Of a DNA stretch of 64,000 nt, positions 6,310-15,686 are shown one piece after another. Source of the DNA: Bacteroidota bacterium. Its GTDB lineage: Bacteria; Bacteroidota; Bacteroidia; Bacteroidales; UBA4417. A program made the translations under genes and the position numbers. The stretch covers positions 1,274-65,273 of the forward strand of contig JAKLFM010000002.1 in the NCBI GenBank assembly GCA_022711175.1, in the 5' to 3' direction. The notes beneath the pieces were generated by a model. That model was not told where the DNA came from. It searched no databases and saw only the letters and a list, made by a program, of their open reading frames with translations. The stretch's first letter is position 1. Every line of letters begins with the position of its first letter.

Positions 6310-8844
6310 ATGTATTTAAAAAAATATCAAATAAAAGTTGTAAGTGAAATCAAACAGTTTCTGCAAACTGCACGAGATACCAAAACATCGTTTGACATTG
6401 CAAAACAGGCATTGCCTGAAAATATGCGCCATACCTTGAATTGGGTGCAAACAACTTTTCAAACGAGTAATTTGGAATATAAAGACCGTTGTACAAACGG
6501 ATTGGGAAACAGTTATCCCCGAATGATTATAAAAGTTCCGACAGGTGGTGGAAAAACATTGCTTGCCGTTGAATCAATCAGGGAGTATCAGAACCTTTTT
6601 GCTCAAAAACGCACTGGGCTTGTAGTTTGGATTGTTCCGAGTGAAACCATTTACAGCCAAACTGTTCAAAAAATCAGGGACAAAGGAAATCCGTTACGCC
6701 AGTTATTAGACCAGTGCAGCGGAAACCGAACTATTATTTTGGAAAAAGGACAACGACTGACAACCAATGATATTGAAGAAAATTTGGTTGTCCTGTTTGT
6801 TATGATTCAGTCAATAAGCCGCACCAATGGGAAAGAAGCGTTAAAAGTTTTTCAGGACAGTGGCGGTTATGACAGTTTTTTCCCTGCCGACAATCGCTAT
6901 GACCTACACGAACAACTATTAAAGCAAGTTCCAAACCTTGATTTTATTTCACCTCTTGGCACAGAGCAACCTTTAATAATGACAAGTCTTGGAAACGCAA
7001 TCCGTATTTCAAAACCATTTATAATCATAGATGAAATTCACAAAGTATTTTCAGAAAATGCCCGAAAAACTATTGATAGTTTAAATCCTGACTTTGTACT
7101 TGGTTTTTCTGCAACACCAAAAGCCGAAATGAATGTTTTGGTTACCATTACAGGACTTGAACTTAAAGAGGAGGAAATGGTAAAACTCGACATGCACATT
7201 CTTCCACCCATCAGCAAGCAGGAAAATGACTGGAAAGCGATGGTAAAGGAAATTAAGGAGCATCGCGAGAAATTAGAAGAAACAGCAAAACAATATAAGG
7301 AAAATACAGGTGTTTACATCCGACCAACTGCTTTATTACAGGTTGAAGCAACAGGAAAAGACCAAAGAGGCAGAGGCAAGGTTCACAGTCTTGACGTTAA
7401 AGAATATCTGGTTAGTCTTGAAGTAAACCCCGATGAAATTGCAATAAAAACAAGCTCCCAAAATGATATTGAAGATGTAAACCTGTTCTCACAAAATTGT
7501 CCGGTCCGCTTTATTATTACCAAAGAAGCATTGCGGGAAGGTTGGGATTTTTCATTTGCTTACATTTTGGGAATTATTCCGAATGTGAATTCGAACACAG
7601 GCGTAACGCAGTTAGTTGGCAGAATATTACGTCAACCTTTTGCAAGAAAATCAGGAGTTAAAGAACTTGACGAGAGTTATGTTTATTATACAAAGGGCGA
7701 TACACGAGAAATTTTAGACAGAGTTTCAACCGGATTTAAGAATGAAGGACTTGAAGATTTGGTAACCAAACTGAAATTCCGTGATAACGAAGCAATAAAT
7801 GCCACCAAAACAGTAAAGATAAAAAAAGAGTTCAGCGAGAAGTTTCAAAACTCATTTTATTTGCCAGTTTGGCTAATGGTTGATAAAAGCGGTTCAAAAA
7901 GACGTTTTAATTACGAAAGCGACATCAAACCGAAAGTTGATTTTACAAAACTGGAATTGAATGATGAATTTTTGTCAAAACTTGAAAACTCATTGAGTAA
8001 CGAGACAAAAGAAAGAAAAGCATTTGCCATTACACTTGATGATTCGAGTAAAGCATCATTTGTTGAAGAACACAGTCAATCAAACGGAAAAGCAGAAATA
8101 AATATTGATTACTTAACACGCAGATTAAACGAATTAATTGAAAATCCTTTTTTGGCAAGGATTATCGGAACGAAATACTTATTACAAATTGAAGATAAAA
8201 TTGGAAAGGAAAAACTGAAAGAACATTACAGCTTCATTGTTTCTCAGCTATGTAAAAAGTTTCAGGAAGAAAAGATAAAGCAGGAAGAAGAAATATTTTT
8301 GGAAGAACTGAGAGTCCAAAATCTTGTTCTTGCAGTTTCTGATGATGATACAATAGGATTCAAAGTTCCAAAAGAGGATGTTATTACAGTGAGTCCAATT
8401 CCAAGCACATACAAATACTATCTTTTCGATGATGTTGAAGTAACAGCAATGAACACGCTTGAAAGGAAAGTTGGAGATTTACTTGACAAACAGGAAAAGA
8501 TTCTTTGGTGGTTCAGAAATAAAGTAAACAGAAAATGGTACTCTATACAAGGTTGGCAGCAGAATAAAATCAGACCAGACTTTGTAGCTGCAAAAAAAAC
8601 AGCCGATAATCATTTGGAATTGGTTTACATCATTGAAAGTAAAGGAGAACATCTTCTTGGAAACATCGACACGACCTATAAAAAGAAAGTACTTGATGTA
8701 ATGACGGAGCAAAAACAACTCAAAAATATTAAGGCTTATCAGACACAAATTCCATTTGAAGAATATGTGATCAATGAAAAAGTTGAATGCTATTTAGTAG
8801 AGCAAGGTAAAGAAGAAGAAAAAATTAAAGAGATATTGAAATAA
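6310..8844 (+). CDS. res: Type III restriction enzyme Res subunit (SF2 helicase plus C-terminal PD-(D/E)xK-like nuclease)
   Basis: Walker A in VPTGGGKTLLA, DEAH-like box in FIIIDEIHK, and LREGWDFSFAYILG. C-terminal IRPDFVAAKK...LVYIIESKGE is nuclease-like. The gene starts 6 nt after the mod stop. Confidence 0.85.
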   Translation: MYLKKYQIKVVSEIKQFLQTARDTKTSFDIAKQALPENMRHTLNWVQTTFQTSNLEYKDRCTNGLGNSYPRMIIKVPTGGGKTLLAVESIREYQNLFAQKRTGLVVWIVPSETIYSQTVQKIRDKGNPLRQLLDQCSGNRTIILEKGQRLTTNDIEENLVVLFVMIQSISRTNGKEALKVFQDSGGYDSFFPADNRYDLHEQLLKQVPNLDFISPLGTEQPLIMTSLGNAIRISKPFIIIDEIHKVFSENARKTIDSLNPDFVLGFSATPKAEMNVLVTITGLELKEEEMVKLDMHILPPISKQENDWKAMVKEIKEHREKLEETAKQYKENTGVYIRPTALLQVEATGKDQRGRGKVHSLDVKEYLVSLEVNPDEIAIKTSSQNDIEDVNLFSQNCPVRFIITKEALREGWDFSFAYILGIIPNVNSNTGVTQLVGRILRQPFARKSGVKELDESYVYYTKGDTREILDRVSTGFKNEGLEDLVTKLKFRDNEAINATKTVKIKKEFSEKFQNSFYLPVWLMVDKSGSKRRFNYESDIKPKVDFTKLELNDEFLSKLENSLSNETKERKAFAITLDDSSKASFVEEHSQSNGKAEINIDYLTRRLNELIENPFLARIIGTKYLLQIEDKIGKEKLKEHYSFIVSQLCKKFQEEKIKQEEEIFLEELRVQNLVLAVSDDDTIGFKVPKEDVITVSPIPSTYKYYLFDDVEVTAMNTLERKVGDLLDKQEKILWWFRNKVNRKWYSIQGWQQNKIRPDFVAAKKTADNHLELVYIIESKGEHLLGNIDTTYKKKVLDVMTEQKQLKNIKAYQTQIPFEEYVINEKVECYLVEQGKEEEKIKEILK

Positions 8845-8873
8845 CAGTTTATTATCAACATAAATCCAATATT

Positions 8874-9104
8874 ATGGCACGTTGTACAAGAACAAGAAAT
8901 TTAGAAGTCCATCATATACGAAGAGATGGTGGCAATGGTTTAGACAATGCTGAGGTTCTATGCTCGGATTGTCATTCAAATACAAGTACTTATGGCACAC
9001 CAGGAAAATCACCAGAGCCATTTACTCAAGACACTATCATGAAAGCTTTAAGAAGAGCAGATTTTCGTTGTGAATGCACAAGATTCACATGTTTACATCA
9101 TTAG
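8874..9104 (+). CDS. small HNH-motif protein (76 aa), possibly an N-terminally truncated relic
   Basis: HNH core: NLEVHHIRRDGGNGLDNAEVLCSDCHSN. The usual upstream CxxC pair is missing (only MARCTRTRN precedes the core). Its frame opens only at 8829, 29 nt after the res stop. Confidence 0.5.
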   Translation: MARCTRTRNLEVHHIRRDGGNGLDNAEVLCSDCHSNTSTYGTPGKSPEPFTQDTIMKALRRADFRCECTRFTCLHH

Positions 9105-9401
9105 AAAGCATAACTGTTCTGTCCTTTTTCTGTTTTCCTTGTTTGCAAAAACGATCATTAATTTATTGGAGGTTAGTTTGGCATTCTTGACTTATGGTTA
9201 TCAAAGCCTGAGGAAAAACCGACATCAGACTGAGTAAGTCCTGCCGGATAAATCTTTCCTTTCTGCGTTTTACTGTCAGGCGCAGTAATCGAAAATTGAA
9301 TAATCCGGCCTAAACCGAGCCGCTATTCCTAAGCAAAGCTTGCATGTGATTGCGGAGGAGAATTTCAAAATGATTGATCAGGAGAACCGCCAATTGTACC
9401 A

Positions 9402-11240
9402 TTAACCATTTCCTTCTTCCCCATTTTCTCTCCTGCCTTCCCTATGAAAATATCCATACACAATCCCCGCCTTGGCCTTACCCACCACTGCCTGCAGCTC
9501 TTCCAATGAGGCTTCGGATATTTTTTTCACGCTCCGAAACTTCCACAGTAGTGATTGCGCCGTGCTGAAACCAATGCCGTCAATATCAGTAAGCTGGGTT
9601 TTGATGGTTCCTTTTTCGCGGCGCTTGCGGTGATGCGTAATGCCGAAGCGGTGCGCTTCGTCGCGTATCTGCTGGATGATGCGCAGTGTCTCCGATTTCT
9701 TGTCGATGTACAACGGGATGGAGTCGCCGGGTTTGTAGATTTCTTCGAGCTTTTTGGCAATGCCTATCACATCAACCTTACCGTTCAGTCCGAGCTTTGT
9801 GAGGCTTGTCATGGCTGAACTCAACTGTCCCTTGCCGCCATCAATCACAACGAGCTGCGGAAGCGGCTTTTCCTCGTCGAGAAGGCGCCTGTACCGCCGG
9901 AAGATCACCTCTTCCATGCTGGCAAAATCGTCGGGGCCCTCTACTGTTTTAATGTTGAAATGGCGGTACTCCTGCTTGTCGGGTTTGCCGTTGCTGAACA
10001 CCACCATGGCAGCAACCGGGTAGGCGCCCTGAATGTTTGAATTGTCGAAGCATTCAATCCGCAGCGGCTCGGTTTTCAGCCGTAAGTCCGACTGCATTTG
10101 TGCCATGATGCGTTTTGTATGGCGCTCGGGATCAACGCGTTCGAGCTGCTTGTTTTTTTCGATGCGGTAGAATTTGGCATTGCGTTCGCTCAGTTCGAGC
10201 AGCGCTTTTTTATCTCCCCTGATGGGGATGGCAGTGGTGATTCCCTCCATTTCCACGTCAAGTGCAAACGGAACCACAATCTCGCGGGCATCGCTCTGGA
10301 AACGGTTTCTCAACTCGGTAACGGCGAGGGTGAGCAATTCGGCAGGCGATTCGTCGAGGCGCTTTTTTAGCTCCAGTGTATGACTCTGTATGATGCAGCC
10401 ATTGATCACTTTCATAAAATTGACGTACGCCGACGAAATATCATCGCAGTATGAAAATACATCCACGTTGTGTATGGAAGGGTTCACCACCGCCGATTTG
10501 CTCTGGTAGCGGTCGAGCAGCTCGATTTTCTCCTTCAGGAACTGTGCTTTTTCAAATTGATAATCCGCCGCGCTTTGTTTCATCATGGCGGTCAGCCCTT
10601 GTCTTACGGTTGAAATATTGCCTTTGATGATCTGCCTGATCTCGTTCAGCGTCTGCTGGTATTCCTCCTGTGCCTGCAGTCCTTCGCATGGCCCTTTGCA
10701 GTTGCCGATATGATATTCGAGGCAAACCTTGAATTTCTTTTGCCGGATGTTTGTCTCCGAAAGGTTGAGCGAACAGGTCCTGAGAGGATAAAGTTGCCGG
10801 ATAAGGTCGAGCACGGTGTGCATCATTTTCCCCGATGCGTAGGGGCCGAAATATTCCGATCCGTCTTTTACCAGGCTCCGGGTAGGGAAGATGCGCGGAA
10901 AGGGTTCGTTTTTGATGCAAATCCAGGGATAGGTTTTATCATCCTTGAGCATCACGTTGTAGCGCGGCTGGTATTTCTTGATGAGGTTGTTTTCGAGCAG
11001 CAGCGCATCGAGTTCGGTATCGACAACAATAAAACGGATGTCCTCAATCTTCTGAACCAGAATTTTCACTTTCCCGGTAAGGGAGCCGTCGCGGGTAAAA
11101 TACGATGAGACTCTCTTTTTCAGATTCTTAGCCTTGCCGACATACAACAGCTTGCCTTCCTTATCGTAATACTGGTACACCCCGGGCTTATCGGGAAGAT
11201 CCTTTACGATGTTTTCGACGTGCAGTGATTTGGGAGGCAT
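9402..11240 (-). CDS. uvrC: excinuclease ABC subunit C
   Basis: GIY-YIG N-terminus (PGVYQYYDKEGKLLYVGKAKNLKKRV). C-terminal HhH (LTDIDGIGFSTAQSLLWKF). 612 aa. Confidence 0.95.
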   Translation of the reverse strand: MPPKSLHVENIVKDLPDKPGVYQYYDKEGKLLYVGKAKNLKKRVSSYFTRDGSLTGKVKILVQKIEDIRFIVVDTELDALLLENNLIKKYQPRYNVMLKDDKTYPWICIKNEPFPRIFPTRSLVKDGSEYFGPYASGKMMHTVLDLIRQLYPLRTCSLNLSETNIRQKKFKVCLEYHIGNCKGPCEGLQAQEEYQQTLNEIRQIIKGNISTVRQGLTAMMKQSAADYQFEKAQFLKEKIELLDRYQSKSAVVNPSIHNVDVFSYCDDISSAYVNFMKVINGCIIQSHTLELKKRLDESPAELLTLAVTELRNRFQSDAREIVVPFALDVEMEGITTAIPIRGDKKALLELSERNAKFYRIEKNKQLERVDPERHTKRIMAQMQSDLRLKTEPLRIECFDNSNIQGAYPVAAMVVFSNGKPDKQEYRHFNIKTVEGPDDFASMEEVIFRRYRRLLDEEKPLPQLVVIDGGKGQLSSAMTSLTKLGLNGKVDVIGIAKKLEEIYKPGDSIPLYIDKKSETLRIIQQIRDEAHRFGITHHRKRREKGTIKTQLTDIDGIGFSTAQSLLWKFRSVKKISEASLEELQAVVGKAKAGIVYGYFHREGRRENGEEGNG

Positions 11241-11460
11241 TCGGTGGTTGTTTTGGGATTGGGGTGTTGGGTTTTGGGAATTATTCAGTTGTTGATTCAG
11301 TTGTTGATTCGGTGGTTGTTTTGGGATTAGAGTGTTGAGTTTTGGGATTGGGATTTATTCAGTGGTTGATTCAGTGGTTAATTCAGTGGTTGATTCGGTG
11401 GTTGATACGGTGGTTAATTCGGTTGATGATTCGGATTATAGGAGTTGATCCTTCACCCGA
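11241..11460. repeat. Nested G/T-rich (plus strand) tandem repeats filling the thiL-uvrC spacer
   Basis: A block of about 68-86 bp starting TCGGTGGTTGTTTTGGGATT occurs at 11241 and 11309, with a partial copy at 11395. Inner 12-bp words ATTCAGTKGTTG are repeated. By my count there are 12 C in 11241-11437. Confidence 0.85.
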
Positions 11461-12522
11461 TCAACCCTTAATGGCTCCACGATTCATATGATCGAACCCC
11501 TGTGCCGTGATCTCCACCAGCACATTGTCGCCGGTGACCAGGTTACAGCCCTCATCAGCGGCAGTGATGTGACCAATCACCGATACATCAGTGAGTTGCC
11601 TGATTTTCTCGTAATCATTCATACTGATGGTAAACAGAAGTTCGTAATCCTCGCCTCCGTTCAATGCTGCCGTCACGGGCGAAATATTAAATTCTTCGGC
11701 GGTAGCAACAGTCATGGGGTCAATGGGAATTTTTTCTTCATAAAGGCGGCAGCCGGTGTTGGAATCGTGACAAATGTGAAGAATCTCGCTGGCGAGGCCA
11801 TCGCTTATATCAATCATGGCGGTTGGCAGGATTCCTGCTTCCTCAAGCTTCCTGATCACATCGCCGCGAGCTTCAGGCTTGAGTTGCCTGCCGATGATGT
11901 AGTCATGTCCTTCGAGGTCGGGTTGCATATCAGGATTGGCAAGGAAGACCTGCTTTTCGCGTTCAAGCATCAGCAGCCCGGTATAGGCAGCGCCAAGGTC
12001 GCCGGTAACGCATACCAGGTTGCCGGGCTGGGCAGTGTTCCTGTAAACCACTTTCGACTTGTCAACAGTGCCCGTCACGGTAAGGGCGAGAAACAGTCCA
12101 TGCGGGCTCGCGGTGGTGTCGCCGCCGGCAAGGTCAACATGGTAATGTTTGCAGGCAAGTTTTATCCCGGCATACAACTCGTCGAGCGCTTCGGCCGAAA
12201 ACCGGTTCGATACCGATATCCCGACGAAAAGTTGTCGCGGCGAACCGTTCATGGCATATATATCCGAGAAATTCACCACAGCAGCTTTGTATCCTAAATG
12301 TTTCAGCGGCGTGAAGGCCATATCGAAATGAATGCCTTCGATGAGCAGATCGGTGCTTACAAGCGTGAGCAGATCGCCGTTCTCGAGAACGGCAGCATCG
12401 TCGCCAATGCCTTTGATGGTGGAGGGATGTATTGTGCCGACGTCGGATGTCAGTCGGTTGATCAGCCCGAATTCGCCCAATTCGCTTAGTTCAGTGCGTG
12501 CGGTATGTGAATCTTCCAGCAT
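11461..12522 (-). CDS. thiL: thiamine-monophosphate kinase
   Basis: AIR-synthase-like fold motifs: LGEFGLINRL, GIGDDAAVL, LAGGDTT. 353 aa. Confidence 0.9.
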   Translation of the reverse strand: MLEDSHTARTELSELGEFGLINRLTSDVGTIHPSTIKGIGDDAAVLENGDLLTLVSTDLLIEGIHFDMAFTPLKHLGYKAAVVNFSDIYAMNGSPRQLFVGISVSNRFSAEALDELYAGIKLACKHYHVDLAGGDTTASPHGLFLALTVTGTVDKSKVVYRNTAQPGNLVCVTGDLGAAYTGLLMLEREKQVFLANPDMQPDLEGHDYIIGRQLKPEARGDVIRKLEEAGILPTAMIDISDGLASEILHICHDSNTGCRLYEEKIPIDPMTVATAEEFNISPVTAALNGGEDYELLFTISMNDYEKIRQLTDVSVIGHITAADEGCNLVTGDNVLVEITAQGFDHMNRGAIKG

Positions 12523-12745
12523 ATTATTATTGATTTTCGCAAAAATACATCAGGATAGATTTACAATGCCCAAATTCTTTAAAAGAGATTCAAATGATGA
12601 CTAATTTTGCGCCTTCGTTTGCCGGCTGAATCCTTTTTGCTTACCGCCGGTTGAACCGGTGATCAAGAAAAATTGTTATAGCTTTTAATCTTCCGCCCTG
12701 AAAAATCATCTAACTGCAATAAACATTTCCCATCTTCCACCTTTT

Positions 12746-15664
12746 ATGTTTCGCTCCCGTTTTCTGCTACTACTTGTAGGTTTCTTCCTGCTGAATGCTG
12801 CCATAGCGCAGGACTTCCGAATTACAGGCGTATTACTCAATGCCGATGATCAGCTTCCGCTGGTTGGCGCCACCGTGAAACTGACGAGCGCCCGCGATAC
12901 CACTCAATTCAAATACACAACCTCGAAACAGCAGGGCGATTTTGAGTTCAGTAAGCTGAACCGTGGCCCTTATATCCTCGAAATCACATACATAGGGTTT
13001 GATAAACTGAGGAAAAGCGTCGTTGCAAATTCCGCGACGCCCAAACGCGAGCAATACATCCTCAAGCCTTCGGCTACCACGCTCAAAGAGGTTGACGTAA
13101 CGAGTACCACCATCAGGGGAGAACAGAAAGGCGATACCGTGCAGTTCAATGCCAACGCGTTTAAGGTTACCCAGGATGCGACAACCGAAGACCTTGTGCG
13201 GAAAATGCCGGGCATCACCGTTGAAAACGGCACTGTAAAAGCACATGGTGAGGAAGTGAAAAAGGTGCTGGTGGACGGCAAACAGTTTTTTGGAGACGAT
13301 CCTTCGGTTGCGCTGCGAAACCTTCCGGCAGAAGTAGTTGACAAAATCCAGGTATTTGATAAGCTCTCCGACCAGGCAGCCTGGACGGGATTTGATGATG
13401 GCAATGCCCAGAAAACCCTGAATATTGTCACCAAATCGGCAAAGAACAACGGGCAGTTCGGCAAGTTTTCGGCCGGCTACGGCACCAACGACCGCTACCT
13501 GCTGGGCGCTAACATGAATATTTTCAACGACCAGCGAAGGATCACCCTGCTTGGCCTCAGCAACAACATCAACATGCAGAATTTCACCGCGGATGAAGCT
13601 ACATCGGGCTCTTCGGGTTCAGGAGGCGGAATGATGTCGGGCAGAGGCGGAGGCCCGGGTGGTGGTTTCAACATGGGGCCATCGAGCGGCATCAATACCA
13701 TCAACTCATTGGGAGGCAACTTCAACCAAAGCTGGGGGACAAAACTTACGGTAAACGGCAGCTACTTCTACAACCGCAACATCAACGACCTGACGAAGAA
13801 AATCAGCCGGCAGTACTTCCTTACCGCCGACTCGAGCCAGTATTACAATGAGAATACGGTTTCGCGGAATACCGGCAACAACCACAGGATGAACGTCAGG
13901 ATTGAATACAATCCAAACGACAACAATTCGATCATCTTCACACCACGCTTAACGGTTCAAAACAGTTCGGCAAACAGCAATGTGCTGGCATTGAGCGGTT
14001 ATGCCCCCGATTTTCTGACAACCTCCATGATGCTGAGCGCTACCGATAATCAGACGGAGAGCAAATCGGAGAGTGTTAATTTTAACAACGACTTCCTGTA
14101 CCGTCATAAATTTGCGAAAAAGGGACGCACGGCCTCCATCAACCTTGGCACAGGTTTTAATGACCGTACCCGCGACAATGTGCTCAGCGCACTCAACAGC
14201 TATTACGGAACTCAAAGCGGCACCTGGGGCGATTCGCTGCAGCAGCAGGCCAAAACGCTTACCACAGGGCTTTCGCTGTCATCGAACCTGGTTTATACCG
14301 AACCGGTGGGCGAAAACAGCCAGTTGCAGGCCAATTACAATATTTCATACTCCAAAAACGACAACGATAAAAAAACATTCGATTATGTGTTTGAGCAGCA
14401 GGACTATTCGCCCTATGTTGATACGCTGCTGTCGAATGTTTACAACAACCGCTATATTACCCACCGTCCCGGACTCGGTTATTTGTATAAAACCGAAAAG
14501 GCAAACCTTAATGCCGGTGTCACATACCAGTATGCTTTGCTCAAAGGCGAACAGGAATTCCCGAAAGCTGCTAACACCGAAAATACGTTTAAAAATATCC
14601 TGCCGAACCTGTTTTTCAATTACAAGTTCTCCGACCGTATGAACCTGAGGGTGGTGTATCGTAGCAGCACCAACGCCCCTTCGGTAAGCCAGCTGCAGGA
14701 GGTGGTTGACAATTCGAACCAGCTGCTGCTGTCGGCAGGTAACCCGAACCTGAAACAGGAAGTTCGCCATTTTGCCATGAGCCGTTTCTCGTGGCAGAAC
14801 AAACCAAAAACGGCTAATATTTTCTGGATGTTTTTCTTCCAGAAAATGCAGGATTACATCGGCAATTCAACGATGCTCGTGAAGCGCGATACCGTGTTCT
14901 TCGGACAGTTTGTTGCCCGCGGGGCGCAGATATCCATGCCGGTCAACCTCGATGATTCATGGAATACCCGAACCTTCCTTTCGGTGGGTATTCCGCTGAA
15001 GTTTATCAAGAGCAACCTCAACTTTAACAGCGGATTGAGTTATACCCAGATTCCGAGTTTGATCAACGGCATGCAGAACCTTTCCAAAACACTCGGTATC
15101 AACGAAGGAGCTGTGATTGCGAGCAATATCAGCCAGAAGCTTGATTTTACGCTTACTTACAACTTCAACTACAACTTTGTTGACAACACGCTGCAGTCGC
15201 AATCCGACAACAATTACATATACCAGGCTGCATCGGCAACTGTAAACTGGCAGTTCTGGAAAGGGTTCTTCGTTCAGAACAATGTGACATACCAGAAGTA
15301 CAACGGTATTTCGACCAGTTACCTCACGGATTATACGCTGTGGAATGCAGCCGTTGGGATGAAATTCCTGAAAAACAATGCTGCCGAAGTAAAGCTCAGC
15401 GCCTTTGACCTTTTAAATGAGAACAGGAGTGTAAACCGCAGTGTTTCCGATACCTACATCGAAGATTCATACACCGAAGTACTGCAGCGTTATGTGATGC
15501 TTACATTTACCTATAATCTGCGCAATTTCAACGGCAAAACCCCGCCAGCCAACCCCGACAGGCGAGGCGACTGGCATCGCGACGGCCCTCCTCCGGGTGG
15601 CGGCTCCGGGCCTCCTCCGGGTGGTGGTTTTAGCCCGCCTCCGGGTGGTGGTTTCCCGCTGTAA
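12746..15664 (+). CDS. outer-membrane beta-barrel / TonB-dependent-receptor-like protein with an N-terminal CarboxypepD_reg-like domain
   Basis: Signal peptide MFRSRFLLLLVGFFLLNAAIAQ. Ig-like FRITGVLLNADDQLPLVGATVKL. Plug-like segment VRKMPGITVENG. Long alternating beta-strand region ending LTFTYNLRNF, followed by a 44-aa Pro/Gly tail. Confidence 0.8.
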   Translation: MFRSRFLLLLVGFFLLNAAIAQDFRITGVLLNADDQLPLVGATVKLTSARDTTQFKYTTSKQQGDFEFSKLNRGPYILEITYIGFDKLRKSVVANSATPKREQYILKPSATTLKEVDVTSTTIRGEQKGDTVQFNANAFKVTQDATTEDLVRKMPGITVENGTVKAHGEEVKKVLVDGKQFFGDDPSVALRNLPAEVVDKIQVFDKLSDQAAWTGFDDGNAQKTLNIVTKSAKNNGQFGKFSAGYGTNDRYLLGANMNIFNDQRRITLLGLSNNINMQNFTADEATSGSSGSGGGMMSGRGGGPGGGFNMGPSSGINTINSLGGNFNQSWGTKLTVNGSYFYNRNINDLTKKISRQYFLTADSSQYYNENTVSRNTGNNHRMNVRIEYNPNDNNSIIFTPRLTVQNSSANSNVLALSGYAPDFLTTSMMLSATDNQTESKSESVNFNNDFLYRHKFAKKGRTASINLGTGFNDRTRDNVLSALNSYYGTQSGTWGDSLQQQAKTLTTGLSLSSNLVYTEPVGENSQLQANYNISYSKNDNDKKTFDYVFEQQDYSPYVDTLLSNVYNNRYITHRPGLGYLYKTEKANLNAGVTYQYALLKGEQEFPKAANTENTFKNILPNLFFNYKFSDRMNLRVVYRSSTNAPSVSQLQEVVDNSNQLLLSAGNPNLKQEVRHFAMSRFSWQNKPKTANIFWMFFFQKMQDYIGNSTMLVKRDTVFFGQFVARGAQISMPVNLDDSWNTRTFLSVGIPLKFIKSNLNFNSGLSYTQIPSLINGMQNLSKTLGINEGAVIASNISQKLDFTLTYNFNYNFVDNTLQSQSDNNYIYQAASATVNWQFWKGFFVQNNVTYQKYNGISTSYLTDYTLWNAAVGMKFLKNNAAEVKLSAFDLLNENRSVNRSVSDTYIEDSYTEVLQRYVMLTFTYNLRNFNGKTPPANPDRRGDWHRDGPPPGGGSGPPPGGGFSPPPGGGFPL

Positions 15665-15686
15665 CCATTTAAAATCGATTCCATTT

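Noticed and set aside
8592-8599. A8 homopolymer inside res as a phase-variation switch
   Set aside because: Eight residues is marginal for slipped-strand switching. The gene is AT-rich, so such tracts are expected by chance. No longer simple-sequence tract is present in mod or res.
1-9300. Calling the whole left 9.3 kb a mobile element, ICE or prophage
   Set aside because: No integrase, transposase, relaxase, phage structural gene, tRNA target or flanking direct repeats are visible. Only composition and gene content suggest an accessory island.
11488-12297. Long antisense ORFs inside well-supported genes (this one in thiL; also 18337-18882, 20022-20591, 46007-46639, 61763-62326 and 62824-63372)
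   Set aside because: Each lies opposite a gene with clear family motifs. They have no motifs of their own and show biased, non-protein-like composition. These are typical shadow ORFs.
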